A stretch of DNA of 63,960 bases, counting the filler, from Octopus bimaculoides (Eukaryota), in assembly GCF_001194135.2 (NCBI RefSeq). It is 8 parts of 8 records of this genome, joined end to end, with 100 filler letters (N's around TTAATTAATTAA, not from the genome) between each part and the next. Parts side by side here need not be neighbours in the genome. Positions count along the whole stretch, not along the records: positions 24,253 to 31,059 come from NC_068982.1; positions 31,160 to 39,507 come from NC_068984.1; positions 39,608 to 50,956 come from NC_068996.1; 5 more parts are not named here. One strand, given 5' to 3'. Below the pieces are notes generated by a model that saw only the letters and a list, made by a program, of their open reading frames with translations, did no database searches and was not told the origin of the DNA. The number at the start of each line of letters is the position of its first letter. Position 1 is the stretch's first letter. The position numbers were made by a program, and so were the translations under genes. Shown piece after piece: positions 29,066-42,720 of the stretch.

Positions 29066-30799
29066 TTTGTGTGTGTGTTTGTGTATTTCATGGACTTTCA
29101 GATAAGAGGGATGGCTGATAACTTATGAATCTCCCACCACCACACACACAAGCCAATTTGATCAATGTGGTTTGGATTCCATTGGTCTATGTCTATAGGA
29201 AAAATGTGGATGGGAAGAGAATTCCAGAAAATAGTTCTGAAGAAATAAAATTAAGCAACCAATTTTACTTCTTCATGAAAGATGGTTGTAGTGGAGGAGG
29301 TGAAACAGGTGTGTTAGTAATTATAGCATGTTAATGAAAGTTTGCTAATTACTCAGAATTTTTTTCTGGATGCAATCTAAAATTAAGTAGCAGCTGTCTG
29401 CTTCCCTCCATCCAACAAAATTGGATAAATTGCAGGGGACATGGGAGATTCAACTTGGAAATTGATAAAGTTGAGTCTGAGATTATCAAACATGAAATTT
29501 AGAGCACCAATTGCTATCCTCAGCAAGAAAAGATTAAAGATCCTCTTGCTCCTATTGTCTCCACTCATTCACCAACCATTTTGCAACCAGGTACATTTTA
29601 TGTTTGTACCACTAGTAATGAGATTGTCATGTACCCTGCAAGACAAAAGGGTCCTCATTTCTTTACAGTCTTTGTACAAGCTGATATGATTAAAGCTCAC
29701 AGTAAAACATTTTTGGTGAGGGAACAATCAATTCTATCAACCCCAACACTTGGTTTTTGACTCCATAACAATGGAAGGTAAAAATTGACCTTAGAATTTT
29801 GAAAACATATTTTTCTGAAATGAACTCAAAATTTGTTAATATTAGAAATATTATAGGGTGCCATACTCAGAGCTCATAGAGTGCCATCCTATATGAATTT
29901 AGTTTTGTTACTCTACGTTCTGGGTTCAAATCTTCCCAGAATCATTCTGTGTCCTCAAATTTGACAAAACATACCAGTAATATACTGGATTATTCAAATA
30001 TTACAAATAGAGCAATTAAACCTTATACAATAGAGGTAGGCTCACAACTAGTTTTAATTTCTGCTTAATAAATCTGAAACTTCGAGAATATGTAAAGAAC
30101 ACACACACACACGTATATTGTAACTGTACAATAATAGTGAAAGTTAGAATCCATGGATTATGCTTAAACCCCATTGGAAGTAGTGCCTGGTTTCCTTAGG
30201 TGAAGTATACCATTTCCTATACTGAGAAGACCAAGGAGCTCCCTAACCCAATTTCATGACTATATTTTTGAATTATTTGGAGAAGGAGGTGTAGTAATCA
30301 CAGTATTTACAAACCTTGGACTCATGATGCCAATGCATTTTTAACAAACTTCTCAGGTTGATATTTTGGGAGAGGAAGGAGTTGAACACTGCAATGCAGA
30401 TTGTTAGTTCAAATCCTTTATTTCAATAATGGTACACCTTGCTAACTCAGAGTAGTAATAGTAGTAGTAATGGGAGAAGTGAAACAGAGGTTGAGTGTGT
30501 TAATAATTGTAGCATGCCAAATGAAAAGTTTGCTGTTCAATTGGATTAACTTTTTCTGGATACAATCTACAATGTCTGATTGAATAGCAACAGCCTGGTC
30601 CCACAAGGCTGAGCTGTTATTTAGAATTTATGAACTGTGAAGAATAACTGCAGTCTTTGAGAAATAGCCTTGAACTGTGTTACAGATTAGTATTTGGACC
30701 AAGTTTGTTTATTTCTTAATACTATACAGGATGATCAATTCTGAACTTAAATATAAATCATAAATGCATGCACAAATATCAGGATAAAGTTAAAACAAG

Positions 30800-31059
30800 C
30801 CTGGACAAGGAGAAAAGGAATTTGTAAGGACTGGAAGAACGGTGGTAGCAGGGAATTGTACCAATCTGCCAGAAGGGAAGCTAGGCGACAGGTTTATTTA
30901 GCCAGAGGGGAAGCAGATAAGAAAAGATTTGCCAATGTTCTGCGCCGTGAGGACCAAAGACTCGAGGTATTTCGTGTTGCAAGACAGTGTAGGAGAGAGA
31001 ATAGTGATGTCGTAGGAGAGAAATGTGTTCGCATGGATGATGGTACGCTTGCACTAAAT
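30800..31059 (+). mobile_element. RTE-clade LINE fragment (EN-RT linker region), cut by the scaffold end
   Basis: KDWKNGGSRELYQSARREARRQVYLARGEADKKRFANVLRREDQRLEVFRVARQCRRENSDVVGEKCVRMDDG. Confidence 0.7.
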
Positions 31060-31159
31060 NNNNNNNNNNNNNNNNNNNNNNNNNNNNNNNNNNNNNNNNN
31101 NNNTTAATTAATTAANNNNNNNNNNNNNNNNNNNNNNNNNNNNNNNNNNNNNNNNNNNN
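31060..31159. other. Artificial scaffold-joining spacer
   Basis: 44 N + TTAATTAATTAA (31104-31115) + 44 N. Confidence 0.95.
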
Positions 31160-31413
31160 GCACTTTACAAGTGGTTTTCCTCCTTTCCACAAAAAGCGGA
31201 AAAGGATTCTCTCCAACTTGTTCAGCCACAAATCGGGGCGAGGCACCACGGTCAGGCGGTAGGTAACTACTGATGCTATAAACATCTGCACCACCTTCGC
31301 CCTTCCTAGCAATGATAACGCCCGCCCAGATCAGGTCTGGGTTAGAGCGGTCACCTTGCTGGCTACCTCACTCCAATTTTTCTCTATCTGGAGGTCTGGA
31401 CCTATCCAGACTC
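31160..31413 (-). mobile_element. Tx1/L1-clade LINE fragment (post-RT region)
   Basis: GVWIGPDLQIEKNWSEVASKVTALTQT*SGRALSLLGRAKVVQMFIASVVTYRLTVVP...LERILFRFLWKG. Confidence 0.75.
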
Positions 31414-32692
31414 CNNNNNNNNNNNNNNNNNNNNNNNNNNNNNNNNNNNNNNNNNNNNNNNNNNNNNNNNNNNNNNNNNNNNNNNNNNNNNNNNNNNNNN
31501 NNNNNNNNNNNNNNATAAAAATATTTATAACTATTGAATAGAAACACTAAGAGTGCTGCCATAACTACTTGTTTCTTCCTTACAATCTAGTGGATCTTTT
31601 TACTAAAATAGCCCTAGAATTTAATCCCAAGGTCTTGAGTAAATGACCATATCACCTATTGATATTTTCAAATATCAAACCGATTTGGGATTATAAGTTA
31701 CTATTTTTTTCTAATGTATACAACATTAATTCTAATACCATCGTATATAGAATTCAAGTCACAATCGAATATAATTATTCTCAAGCCCCTCAATGTTATC
31801 ATAGTGTCATGCAATATATATTCATGGTAACAAATTAAGGGCTGAGGAAAATGCTCTGTAGTATCGTCAAACAATATGGTGGGCGAAAAATTGGTGTCAA
31901 CGACTTTATAAAATCTAAAATTCAAATTGTGTGACGTGTTTTAGAGGACACTATAGGTCTTGATTCTATGACATACTGTCGTTTTGGCTTACCCCTTACC
32001 TATATCCAATTACAGCTACTAGCGTATTCAATAATTAGCTGTCTTGCTACTAACCACGAGTTGTTTTTCTACTCTTCTTTGTAATCTAAATTTATATATA
32101 GAAGTCAACACGTACACAACAATCCTTATTCATTTATCAACTCTTATTCACTTAGCAAATCAATTTTTCCGTCAAAATTTATTTCTATCCCCTTTTCTCA
32201 TTCTCGATTACCAATACTTTTTTTCTTCGAATACTCTTCCTTCTTTTCTCTATATTCCGTTTTTTCACAAATTTATTGTCTTTCTATAACTGACTGTTGC
32301 TGATAGTGAAGTTGATAGAGTTGTGACCTTCAGGTCTCCCATAGTTTGTATACTTACACCACCGCTGTACTGTACTCTAAATAAAAACGCTTAAATCTTT
32401 AACAGTTCAAACCAGCTAGCCATAAATAAAACTGTAGGAGAATATACATATCATCACAGTAAATAATGATAACTTTGTGTCGCTGATGCGTGTTTTGTTA
32501 GTCTACAGTGTTATATTCAAATCTTAACATACATAGAACCTAAAGGAGAATATAAACCACCATCCTCAATGTGTACATTTCGTGAAGACATCTCTAAGAC
32601 ACAATGGCTTATGTGATTTACAAACAAATTAATATTGACCTATTCCCAGCCTCACCAGGTTATTCTTTTCGATTTCAGCAGGCTGTAAGACT

Positions 32693-34062
32693 TTTACTAT
32701 TTCCTTAAGCTGCAGTGATGAGCAAAAAATCCTTCTCTAAGCTTAGCATAGTCAATGAAAAACCTATTTATTGTTGTTTCCATTGAATTAGCATATGAAA
32801 ACTAAGCCTTCCATTGTATTTCAGCAATCCAATTGACTATAGATCTTATGAACAACACCGTATCGGAGATATTTCCATTGAACATAAAAAAAAAGAACTG
32901 CTGACATCAACTGTGTGATCAGAAATTATACGCCAAACACAAATATATCCATAAAACTTTACTGCACACCATACTTAATAAATGCAATGCACAATAATAC
33001 AAATAAGCTGTACTCGATACACTCGTACGGTTCTTTCATTTTACTTGACTANNNNNNNNNNNNNNNNNNNNNNNNNNNNNNNNNNNNNNNNNNNNNNNNN
33101 NNNNNNNNNNNNNNNNNNNNNNNNNNNNNNNNNNNNNNNNNNNNNNNNNNNNNNNNNNNNNNNNNNNNNNNNNNNNNNNNNNNNNNNNNNNNNNNNNNNN
33201 NNNNNNNNNNNNNNNNNNNNNNNNNNNNNNNNNNNNNNNNNNNNNNNNNNNNNNNNNNNNNNNNNNNNNNNNNNNNNNNNNNNNNNNNNNNNNNNNNNNN
33301 NNNNNNNNNNNNNNNNNNNNNNNNNNNNNNNNNNNNNNNNNNNNNNNNNNNNNNNNNNNNNNNNNNNNNNNNNNNNNNNNNNNNNNNNNNNNNNNNNNNN
33401 NNNNNNNNNNNNNNNNNNNNNNNNNNNNNNNNNNNNNNNNNNNNNNNNNNNNNNNNNNNNNNNNNNNNNNNNNNNNNNNNNNNNNNNNNNNNNNNNNNNN
33501 NNNNNNNNNNNNNNNNNNNNNNNNNNNNNNNNNNNNNNNNNNNNNNNNNNNNNNNNNNNNNNNNNNNNNNNNNNNNNNNNNNNNNNNNNNNNNNNNNNNN
33601 NNNNNNNNNNNNNNNNNNNNNNNNNNNNNNNNNNNNNNNNNNNNNNNNNNNNNNNNNNNNNNNNNNNNNNNNNNNNNNNNNNNNNNNNNNNNNNNNNNNN
33701 NNNNNNNNNNNNNNNNNNNNNNNNCCGTACGAGTGTATCGAGTACAGCTTATTTGTATTATTGTGCATTGCATTTATTAAGTATGGTGTGCAGTAAAGTT
33801 TTATGGATATATTTGTGTTTGGCGTATAATTTCTGATCACACAGTTGATGTCAGCAGTTCTTTTTTTTTATGTTCAATGGAAATATCTCCGATACGGTGT
33901 TGTTCATAAGATCTATAGTCAATTGGATTGCTGAAATACAATGGAAGGCTTAGTTTTCATGTGCTAATTCAATGGAAACAACAATAAATAGGTTTTTCAT
34001 TGACTATGCTAAGCTTAGAGAAGGATTTTTTGCTCATCACTGCAGCTTAAGGAAATAGTAAA
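32693..34062. repeat. About 340-bp near-perfect inverted repeat flanking an N gap; third partial copy at about 35098-35273
   Basis: 32693-33030 is the reverse complement of 33725-34062, with one substitution seen (CATATG vs CATGTG). Confidence 0.85.
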
Positions 34063-36080
34063 CTGACAGTGTTGCCTCTATATTTCTTAATAACATATCT
34101 AGTCTAGTATAACTGTGTATTTTTAAACTAAATAACCTTAATATTGAGCGCGTGCGTGTGTGTATGTGTGAGTATAAGAGCCGATTATACTAACAGGTGA
34201 GTTCATACGTCGATATAAAAAAAAAAACATTACATAGGTCTCGAGTCACATTTGGCAAAAGAAGACAAAATTGAATCAGCTGGTATAGCATGCTGAACTT
34301 TGAACAGAATGAGCAAAAAAAATATCCCATCCTGAACTACTGCACAATGATAATGAACTGAAAGCGTCACGCGGCACACCGCCATGCTGTCTTTTGCTTC
34401 AACAACAACGACAAATGTCAACTGAAGATCGGTATGTCCATATTCGGGATACTTGCACGCATGCGCGCACGCGCGCATGCGTACACATACACATATATAT
34501 ACATACATATTGTGTTTACGTAATTATCACGTGTGTATTGTGCCATATGGAACTTACGCAAACTTAACATGTGTGCACACAAACATGTACATTTATATCT
34601 TATATATATATATNNNNNNNNNNTTGCCGTTACTAAGATATATTCCTGAGATTGCACATCTCAAAATTGTATTGATAAATGCATAGTCTCTCAATATCAT
34701 TGCCGTTGCTGTCGTTATTTAGCCCCACGTCAATCTTGACTGAGCTGATTTATGCGTTCTAGTCGTGACTACCCCATCTTTTTCTCGGACAGTAAACCTA
34801 GAACTGCATTGTCTGTGTAGTATTTGGCAGTCAATTTCTATCTGGTGGCTATATCTGGTGACTATGCATTTATCAATACAATAAGCATACTTTGAGATGT
34901 GCAATCTCAGGAATGTATCTTAGTAACGGCAATGTTTCCACTCGGTGTCGCGTTGGCAAAAGTCTTAGAGCCTGTTGAAATCGAAAAGAATAACCTGTTG
35001 ACGTTGGGAATTAGTCAATATTAATAGATAAAAGCTGTTGTAAAGGATAATATTTAAAATTATATATTAATATGCAGTGGTGTTATAATGGCTATGTGTA
35101 GTCAAGTAAAATGAAAGAACCGTACGAGTGTATCGAGTACAGCTTATTTGTATTATTGTGCATTGCATTTATTAAGTATGGTGTGCAGTAAAGTTTTATG
35201 GATATATTTGTGTTTGGCGTATAATTTCTGATCACACAGTTGATGTCAGCAGTTCTTTTTTTTTATGTTCAATNNNNNNNNNNNNNNNNNNNNNNNNNNN
35301 NNNNNNNNNNNNNNNNNNNNNNNNNNNNNNNNNNNNNNNNNNNNNNNNNNNNNNNNNNNNNNNNNNNNNNNNNNNNNNNNNNNNNNNNNNNNNNNNNNNN
35401 NNNNNNNNNNNNNNNNNNNNNNNNNNNNNNNNNNNNNNNNNNNNNNNNNNNNNNNNNNNNNNNNNNNNNNNNNNNNNNNNNNNNNNNNNNNNNNNNNNNN
35501 NNNNNNNNNNNNNNNNNNNNNNNNNNNNNNNNNNNNNNNNNNNNNNNNNNNNNNNNNNNNNNNNNNNNNNNNNNNNNNNNNNNNNNNNNNNNNNNNNNNN
35601 NNNNNNNNNNNNNNNNNNNNNNNNNNNNNNNNNNNNNNNNNNNNNNNNNNNNNNNNNNNNNNNNNNNNNNNNNNNNNNNNNNNNNNNNNNNNNNNNNNNN
35701 NNNNNNNNNNNNNNNNNNNNNNNNNNNNNNNNNNNNNNNNNNNNNNNNNNNNNNNNNNNNNNNNNNNNNNNNNNNNNNNNNNNNNNNNNNNNNNNNNNNN
35801 NNNNNNNNNNNNNNNNNNNNNNNNNNNNNNNNNNNNNNNNNNNNNNNNNNNNNNNNNNNNNNNNNNNNNNNNNNNNNNNNNNNNNNNNNNNNNNNNNNNN
35901 NNNNNNNNNNNNNNNNNNNNNNNNNNNNNNNNNNNNNNNNNNNNNNNNNNNNNNNNNNNNNNNNNNNNNNNNNNNNNNNNNNNNNNNNNNNNNNNNNNNN
36001 NNNNNNNNNNNNNNNNNNNNNNNNNNNNNNNNNNNNNNNNNNNNNNNNNNNNNNNNNNNNNNNNNNNNNNNNNNNNNNNN

Positions 36081-36126
<46 letters not shown>

Positions 36127-39100
36127 AAGTTTGTAAAATTTATTTACCTCTAAATTCTAACATAAAATGCATATACTTTAGTACTGACATTTTTATTTCG
36201 ACTTTGAATTCTGACGAGTTGATTTTACTAAATATCACGTTATTTTAAAATACTCTTTTGAAAGACAATTTTATGAAATTCTTCATATCTCACATAAATA
36301 TTAATAATATTTCCCTGGTTCTGAATATCTTATTTGGAATTTTGATGAGTAGAAAATTCAAAGAAATTAACTCAACCATGTCGCAGAAAGTTACGTTTTA
36401 ATATTCCATTATAATACTAGCATTTTTCGTTTTAGATTCATTCAGTACTATTCAGATAAAAATAAAGTAAATGAATGTCCATCGGTTTAGCATTGGATTA
36501 ATGTGACTGATTTAGCGTGTAAGTGTTGAAGTATTTTCATGGACACGTGTATCCTTCATGTAATTCTCAAGATGTCAACGTTACACTGTGTATAACAAGC
36601 CTAGCCCTTTGAATTACATGTACAGTCCGTTTGATATGTCTCCAAACTGTTTTCATTCACCTAAATTCATTGGCAAGGCTTGAATCAACCCGAGTCTGTT
36701 AAGATACCATGCTGTGGGTCGCACTTGGAGCCTCATGACTACGAACGAACTTCTTAAAAATTCTAGCAGCCCTGTATTCAGTTAGTTGAGCTAAGTATTA
36801 GCTTCCAGTCGCCCAAGCAATGGAAAGCCTAATAGCACAATTTGTTATATAAATAATATTTGAATACTTGCTTAAGGCTAGGCTTCCTACCAATTATGTT
36901 CGGGATTTTTCTAGTAATTTTAAATATTCATTTAATTGAAATATTCAAGTATATTTTTTTAATCCTGTGAAAAATTAGTAACATTGTTCTGAAATCAAAT
37001 CTGCTTCCGGGTTCCGACTAGTTTTGATTACAAGATATCTTATTGAAAACCTTTGTAATGATTTCCATTGTTTCGTGTTTTCTATTATTTATATTGTTTT
37101 CAGTGACTATGAAACTTCATACTGTAATTTAAGAAGCTATAATTATTTGAAATCGTTAACTTATAATTTTATATTTTTTAGCTGCTAGCCATCCAAGTAG
37201 TTAATTAATGGCTAATTCTCCCTTGGGTGCTTCAAAACTGAGAGATAAGGGTCACTGAAGTAATGCTAAATTTAAAATTATGATAGTTTGTAGTTGAAGA
37301 GAAAAATAATCAATAGCATTGCAAAGAAGGTGTAAATAAATTCAAAATGGGTTTTGAGGGGTACACAGAATTGGAAAAGAAACAGATATCGTTATGTACA
37401 CAGCTTATTAATGCGCTAGTTGTTGCAGGAATAATGTTGGAACAATAAGTTGTAGTTTTAGGCTTAAAAAATTGTAAGCAAATAATTTTAATTCATTTCC
37501 CATCTAATCAAACAGTATTGTAAATAAGACATTTTTTAAGCCAAATTATTTTGTAAGCAAAACTTTTTTTACAAAGAAGGTTACTGCAAGGAAAATAACT
37601 AGATAACTAAAATAGACAATTTTATAACATAAGCTTCATTTTCATCAACAAAAAACAATGCACTTACAATGTTATCTTCTATCAAAATACTCTGGCTGTA
37701 TGAAAATTATACTGGTTCCAGGTCAAATAACTTTTTTTCCAGTTTTATATTTACATCATATCATAACATCTTTAGAGAAAACAGAATTTCACATCTATTG
37801 GGATCACTTCCACTCTAAGATGAAATTAAATTATATTTAAGATTTTTTTTAATGAAGCATTTTCAAAGTTGTACTTTTTATGCACATTTTTAATGTTCTT
37901 AGAATTCATCATTTACTTGCTTCTATCATAGTCTTTTTCATACCAAAATGCACTCACTTCAACGACATATTTTTTCCGGGCATGTTCTGTGGATTACACG
38001 CAAAATTCTTTACAAATTACACAGGAACTCTCCTATAAATTAAGCAAGACAAAATAACTTCTGCTGAGAAAAATGCAATGTTTTTAATATTAAATTATTG
38101 TTTTCTGCGTTCAAATTCCACCGAGGACGACTTTGCCTTTTATCCTTTAGTGAGTCGATAAAATGAGTACCAGCTGAGCACCGGGGGTCGATTTAATTGA
38201 CTTACCCTGTGCCCCCGAAATTTCTGGCCTTGTGCTAAAATTTGAAATTAATATTAAATGATTGTTTCAGTATTAGTATTTATCAAAATAAGTATTGTAT
38301 TTAGAACAAGTGTTTGTCTTAGTTGGAGTAAAGTACATATATTCACATTGCATTCTTTGATATTTAAAATATTTAGAGTTTAAATTTGATTTGAGAAGTA
38401 ATTATGATGATTATGCTATAAAGTACCAGTTTAAAAAGAAAAGTAAAAGCGTTGAAGGTCTTAAATTGACGTTGAAGTAAAATCGGGAAATTTATCTCTC
38501 AGCTACCTAGTTACAGGCTCATTTGTGCTGCATCATCTTACTAAACTATATTAACAAATTTTGATAAATTCTTGACTTGGTATCTTGCTGAGCAAATTCA
38601 ATATAATTATACAACTTGAAGCCCTTGAGAGGAATTTTCTTTTAATTCTTCGAGGAAAATAATATGAAGACTACAGTTGCAAATTGAAATACAATAAAAA
38701 ATTTTAATTTAGAGTAAAACAAAGAGCTTCTATGCAGAACCCAAATGTTCTCCTGTTTATCAAACTATAAATAATACTTCAGTTTTGTTGAATGAAATTA
38801 ATTAATTAGCAATCAGGAAATGACTCAAACTTAACTAAGCGTTTTCAAAAATTTTAACTGTTCTTTTGGGTAGATAAGGGAGCAATGTATATAGATCGAA
38901 ATGTCAAAATGAACAATTTTCCAAATAACTATCAAGATATTTACAAATAAAAGTTGAAACTGTCGAGAAAGAAAGTATTGAAAAACTGTCTTTAAAACAA
39001 TCTTTCAACATGTGTCCATAACATTAATGATAATGGTGGTGACGATGGTGGTAATGGCGGTGGTGGTGCGATTGCTATTTGTTGTTGTTGCTGTTGTTGT

Positions 39101-39507
39101 TGTTTAGACTCAGATCAGTTTTGATTGACCAGACCTATGATTAAAAGGTTGTCCTGCCTTGACATGTTAGTTTATCTAGGGTTACAATGTCCAGCATATA
39201 TTTCTTGTTTTAAGAAGTATGATGTAATTTGAAGGAATTTGTCAGTATTTCCAACAGGTATAGAGACCATTTAGCGATTCCATCCCTCGCTCGCACTCCT
39301 ATTGTTGCAAGTGCTAACGGTACATGTATTACTGAGTACTTCGGTGGTGCTGCTTCGAAGACATTGTTCACGGTGTTTGGTCAATTTAAAAGACTTTTAC
39401 GAATATGTGTATGTGTGTGTGCTTGTCTGTCCGTATTACCTATGTTCCTATCAGTCTACTTATCTATCAGTTTACCTACATGTCCATTTACCTACTTATA
39501 TATATAT

Positions 39508-39607
39508 NNNNNNNNNNNNNNNNNNNNNNNNNNNNNNNNNNNNNNNNNNNNTTAATTAATTAANNNNNNNNNNNNNNNNNNNNNNNNNNNNNNNNNNNNN
39601 NNNNNNN
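39508..39607. other. Artificial scaffold-joining spacer
   Basis: 44 N + TTAATTAATTAA (39552-39563) + 44 N. Confidence 0.95.
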
Positions 39608-41216
39608 ACGACCCGACCATGCAACAGGTTGTACTGGATTACATGTTACCAGTAGCACTGAAGAGCGACCTGAATATATATATATATATATATATGTATA
39701 CATATATATATATGTATGTATATATAATATATATGTATGTATATAAATGGCGGTGCCCCAGCATGGCCACAGCTCATGAGCTGAAACTAGATAAAATGAA
39801 AACATAAAAAAAAAATATATATATATATACTCTTTTACTCTTTTACTTGTTTCAGTCTTTTGACTGCGGCCATATATATATATATATATATATATATAAT
39901 GTTCATCCGTAGTTGTCGACGATGACCAGATTCATTACATGCGAGATATATCATGGTGCGTCTGACTGGCCGTTGAGTGCTTGGGCGGTTCTACCATATA
40001 TCGGGCCAATTAGGCCAGTACATACTCGAAACCGTTAACCAAATTAATAATCATAATTTATCTTCAGGTACGTATGAATTAAATTTAACTCTAACATTCT
40101 TATAAACTAAGTAGCTATTTAATTCGTTGTGTGAGCGTATGTGCGTTTATCTTTGCACAAGCGAGTGTACGTATGCCATACAACCTAAGCGAGGGCGTTT
40201 ATACATCCATATCTGTTAACGGTTATATTTAGTACCGTTTTCACTGTATTGTGTATTTGATACTTTTTGCATCTGTTATTTATTATTGCAATTTTCTATA
40301 TACAAACCGAGAAGGTATCTTTCGGAACAGTCGAATTTATTTTAACGAGACACATCTTGTAATCACCTGAAGAGACACATCTACACCGTCAGATACTCTT
40401 AAACAAGTGGATAAGTATTCTACCCGTGAGGGATCGATGCTAGATGGTTCGAAACAGTTGTAGTAATTAATCAACAGTGTAGTATCTTCCATCTTCGTCT
40501 TCTTCATTAATCATAAAATGTAATCACATGTGGATCGTTGGCGATTCTTTTCCTCCGTCTTCCTTTTCTCTTAGACTTTCCATCGTCTCCTGTTTGTGAC
40601 GAAGAGTTTTGCTCGAAACATTAAACTACCTTTCTTTCCTTCCCTGAGCGTCTGTTAATACTTTGCATGTACCACGTCCTTACGTTGCTGCTTTTTTTCC
40701 TGTTGCGTTTGTTCTTTTTGGGGAGATTAATTATATATATATATATATATATATNNNNNNNNNNNNNNNNNNNNNNNNNNNNNNNNNNNNNNNNNNNNNN
40801 NNNNNNNNNNNNNNNNNNNNNNNNNNNNNNNNNNNNNNNNNNNNNNNNNNNNNNNNNNNNNNNNNNNNNNNNNNNNNNNNNNNNNNNNNNNNNNNNNNNN
40901 NNNNNNNNNNNNNNNNNNNNNNNNNNNNNNNNNNNNNNNNNNNNNNNNNNNNNNNNNNNNNNNNNNNNNNNNNNNNNNNNNNNNNNNNNNNNNNNNNNNN
41001 NNNNNNNNNNNNNNNNNNNNNNNNNNNNNNNNNNNNNNNNNNNNNNNNNNNNNNNNNNNNNNNNNNNNNNNNNNNNNNNNNNNNNNNNNNNNNNNNNNNN
41101 NNNNNNNNNNNNNNNNNNNNNNNNNNNNNNNNNNNNNNNNNNNNNNNNNNNNNNNNNNNNNNNNNNNNNNNNNNNNNNNNNNNNNNNNNNNNNNNNNNNN
41201 NNNNNNNNNNNNNNNC

Positions 41217-41296
41217 AAGTGTTTTCTACTATAGCCTCGGTCCGACCAAAGCCTTGTGAGTGGATCTGGTAGACGGAAACTGAAAGAAGCCCGTCG

Positions 41297-41327
<31 letters not shown>

Positions 41328-41530
41328 TTGTGTGTCTGTGTTTGTCCCCCCCCCCACCATCGCTTGACAACCGATGCTGGTGTGTTTACGTCTCCGTAGT
41401 CTAGCGGTTCGGCAAAAGAACCGATAGAATAAGTACTAGGCTTCCAAAGAATAAGTCCTGGGGTCGATTTGCTCGACTAAAAGGCGGTACTCCAGCATGG
41501 CCGCAGTCAAATGACTGAAATAAGTAAAAG
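41217..41530 (+). mobile_element. SINE (second family), near full-length copy after a gap
   Basis: CAAGTGTTTTCTACTATAGCC...GCCTTGTGAGTGGAT...ACCGATAGAATAAGTACT...CCAGCATGGCCGCAGTCAAATGACTGAAA; the 5' part also occurs at about 13190-13320. Confidence 0.8.
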
Positions 41531-41789
41531 AGTATATACGTATACATACCTGCACACACGTATATATACCCATACACGCACAATTATGCTCATATACACG
41601 TCTCTATACGCACATGCATAAATATGCAGGATGGAAGGTAATGTGCAGAAAAAATATATAAATATATAAAGCAATAAAATATATGAAAAAGATATATATA
41701 TAAATATATGTAAAAATATAAAAATATATATATATGTAAGAAATTAAATGTGTGTACGTGGACACAAATATAAAAAGCAGGTTCTATCT

Positions 41790-42720
41790 GTGATCTTGGG
41801 GGTGGGGAACCAAAATCGTAACAAATATTTAGCCATATGTGGACATGATCCAAAAAGTTCAGTTCTTGAATTTAGACATGTAGCGGGGTCTAAGCTGCTT
41901 TTCCAGATGAGCCATCTTTCCATATCACAAAGACCACACTTACCACTGCCGTTGGTGTAAGGCTTACACTTGGCTAAGATCTTCCAATGGATGTTGTAAT
42001 TGACACCTTTTTCTTTTAAGGACCATATGTAACTGGATAATTTGGTTGTTTTTCTTTTTTCCCAGTGTCTGAAGCTCAAGGTGTGATTTTAAATATCCTG
42101 GCTTTGAAATTTCCTTCTGTGAGGCGCACATATTTCTTACTATGTCCTTAGTGGTTGTAGAGTCTGCTGTGGCTTCATAAATGATGGTCTCGAACATGCA
42201 AGCTCCATTTAGCGGGCACAAATTTTTATCCCTGCATGAACAGTTGGTTTCATTTTGTTGTTTTTTGTGTGTTGTATGCAATTATATTTTTTAAATTAGT
42301 AGTTGAACTGAAACTAATTTTTAGGTTATGCCTATTGAAGAGCTTTCTATAATTATGATTGATTGGAAATGCCTATCTATAAGTGATAAGAAATATTAAA
42401 GGTCACTTCAGGGGAGTAAGGTGGTGTGAATCAGATAGTTTTCCTATTCCTATGCTTCCTTTTCTTTATTATTTCCTCGCTAAAACCACTATCTTTTAGA
42501 GCTTTATTATATATTGGGGCAACCGTATTAAAACTGTTTCTATCGGTAGAGAGGTTAGAAATTTTCTTGCTAATGTTTTTAACTAAATTCTTAAACACTA
42601 TGGGGGGGGGGCGGCAGGAACCCACATTAATATAACTAAGTCTATCGTTGGGCTTCCTATAAGGTTTGTAAATATTCTTATTTAAATCTAAGGATACAAC
42701 TAGGAAATTGACAACAATAT
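41790..42720 (-). mobile_element. Penelope-like retroelement relic 1 (RT thumb, Cys linker, GIY-YIG endonuclease), frameshifted
   Basis: YRKPNDRLSYINVG; PPIVFKNLVKNISKKISNLS...YNKALKDSGF; CSCRDKNLCPLNGAC; SFRH...KLSSYIWSLKEKGVNYNIHWKIL...CGLCDMER...LNSRTELFGSCPHMAKYLL. Confidence 0.85.

Noticed and set aside
34290-34436. Frame ending at a GTATGT donor (..LLLQQQRQMSTEDR)
   Set aside because: An in-frame stop lies just upstream unless an A-run error is assumed; no homology recognised.
37315-37447. Exon-like frame KEGVNKFKMGFEGYTELEKKQISLCTQLINALVVAG, faintly like the formin FH3 motif C.QLINAL
   Set aside because: Weak acceptor, no good donor before the stop, and similarity limited to about 7 residues.
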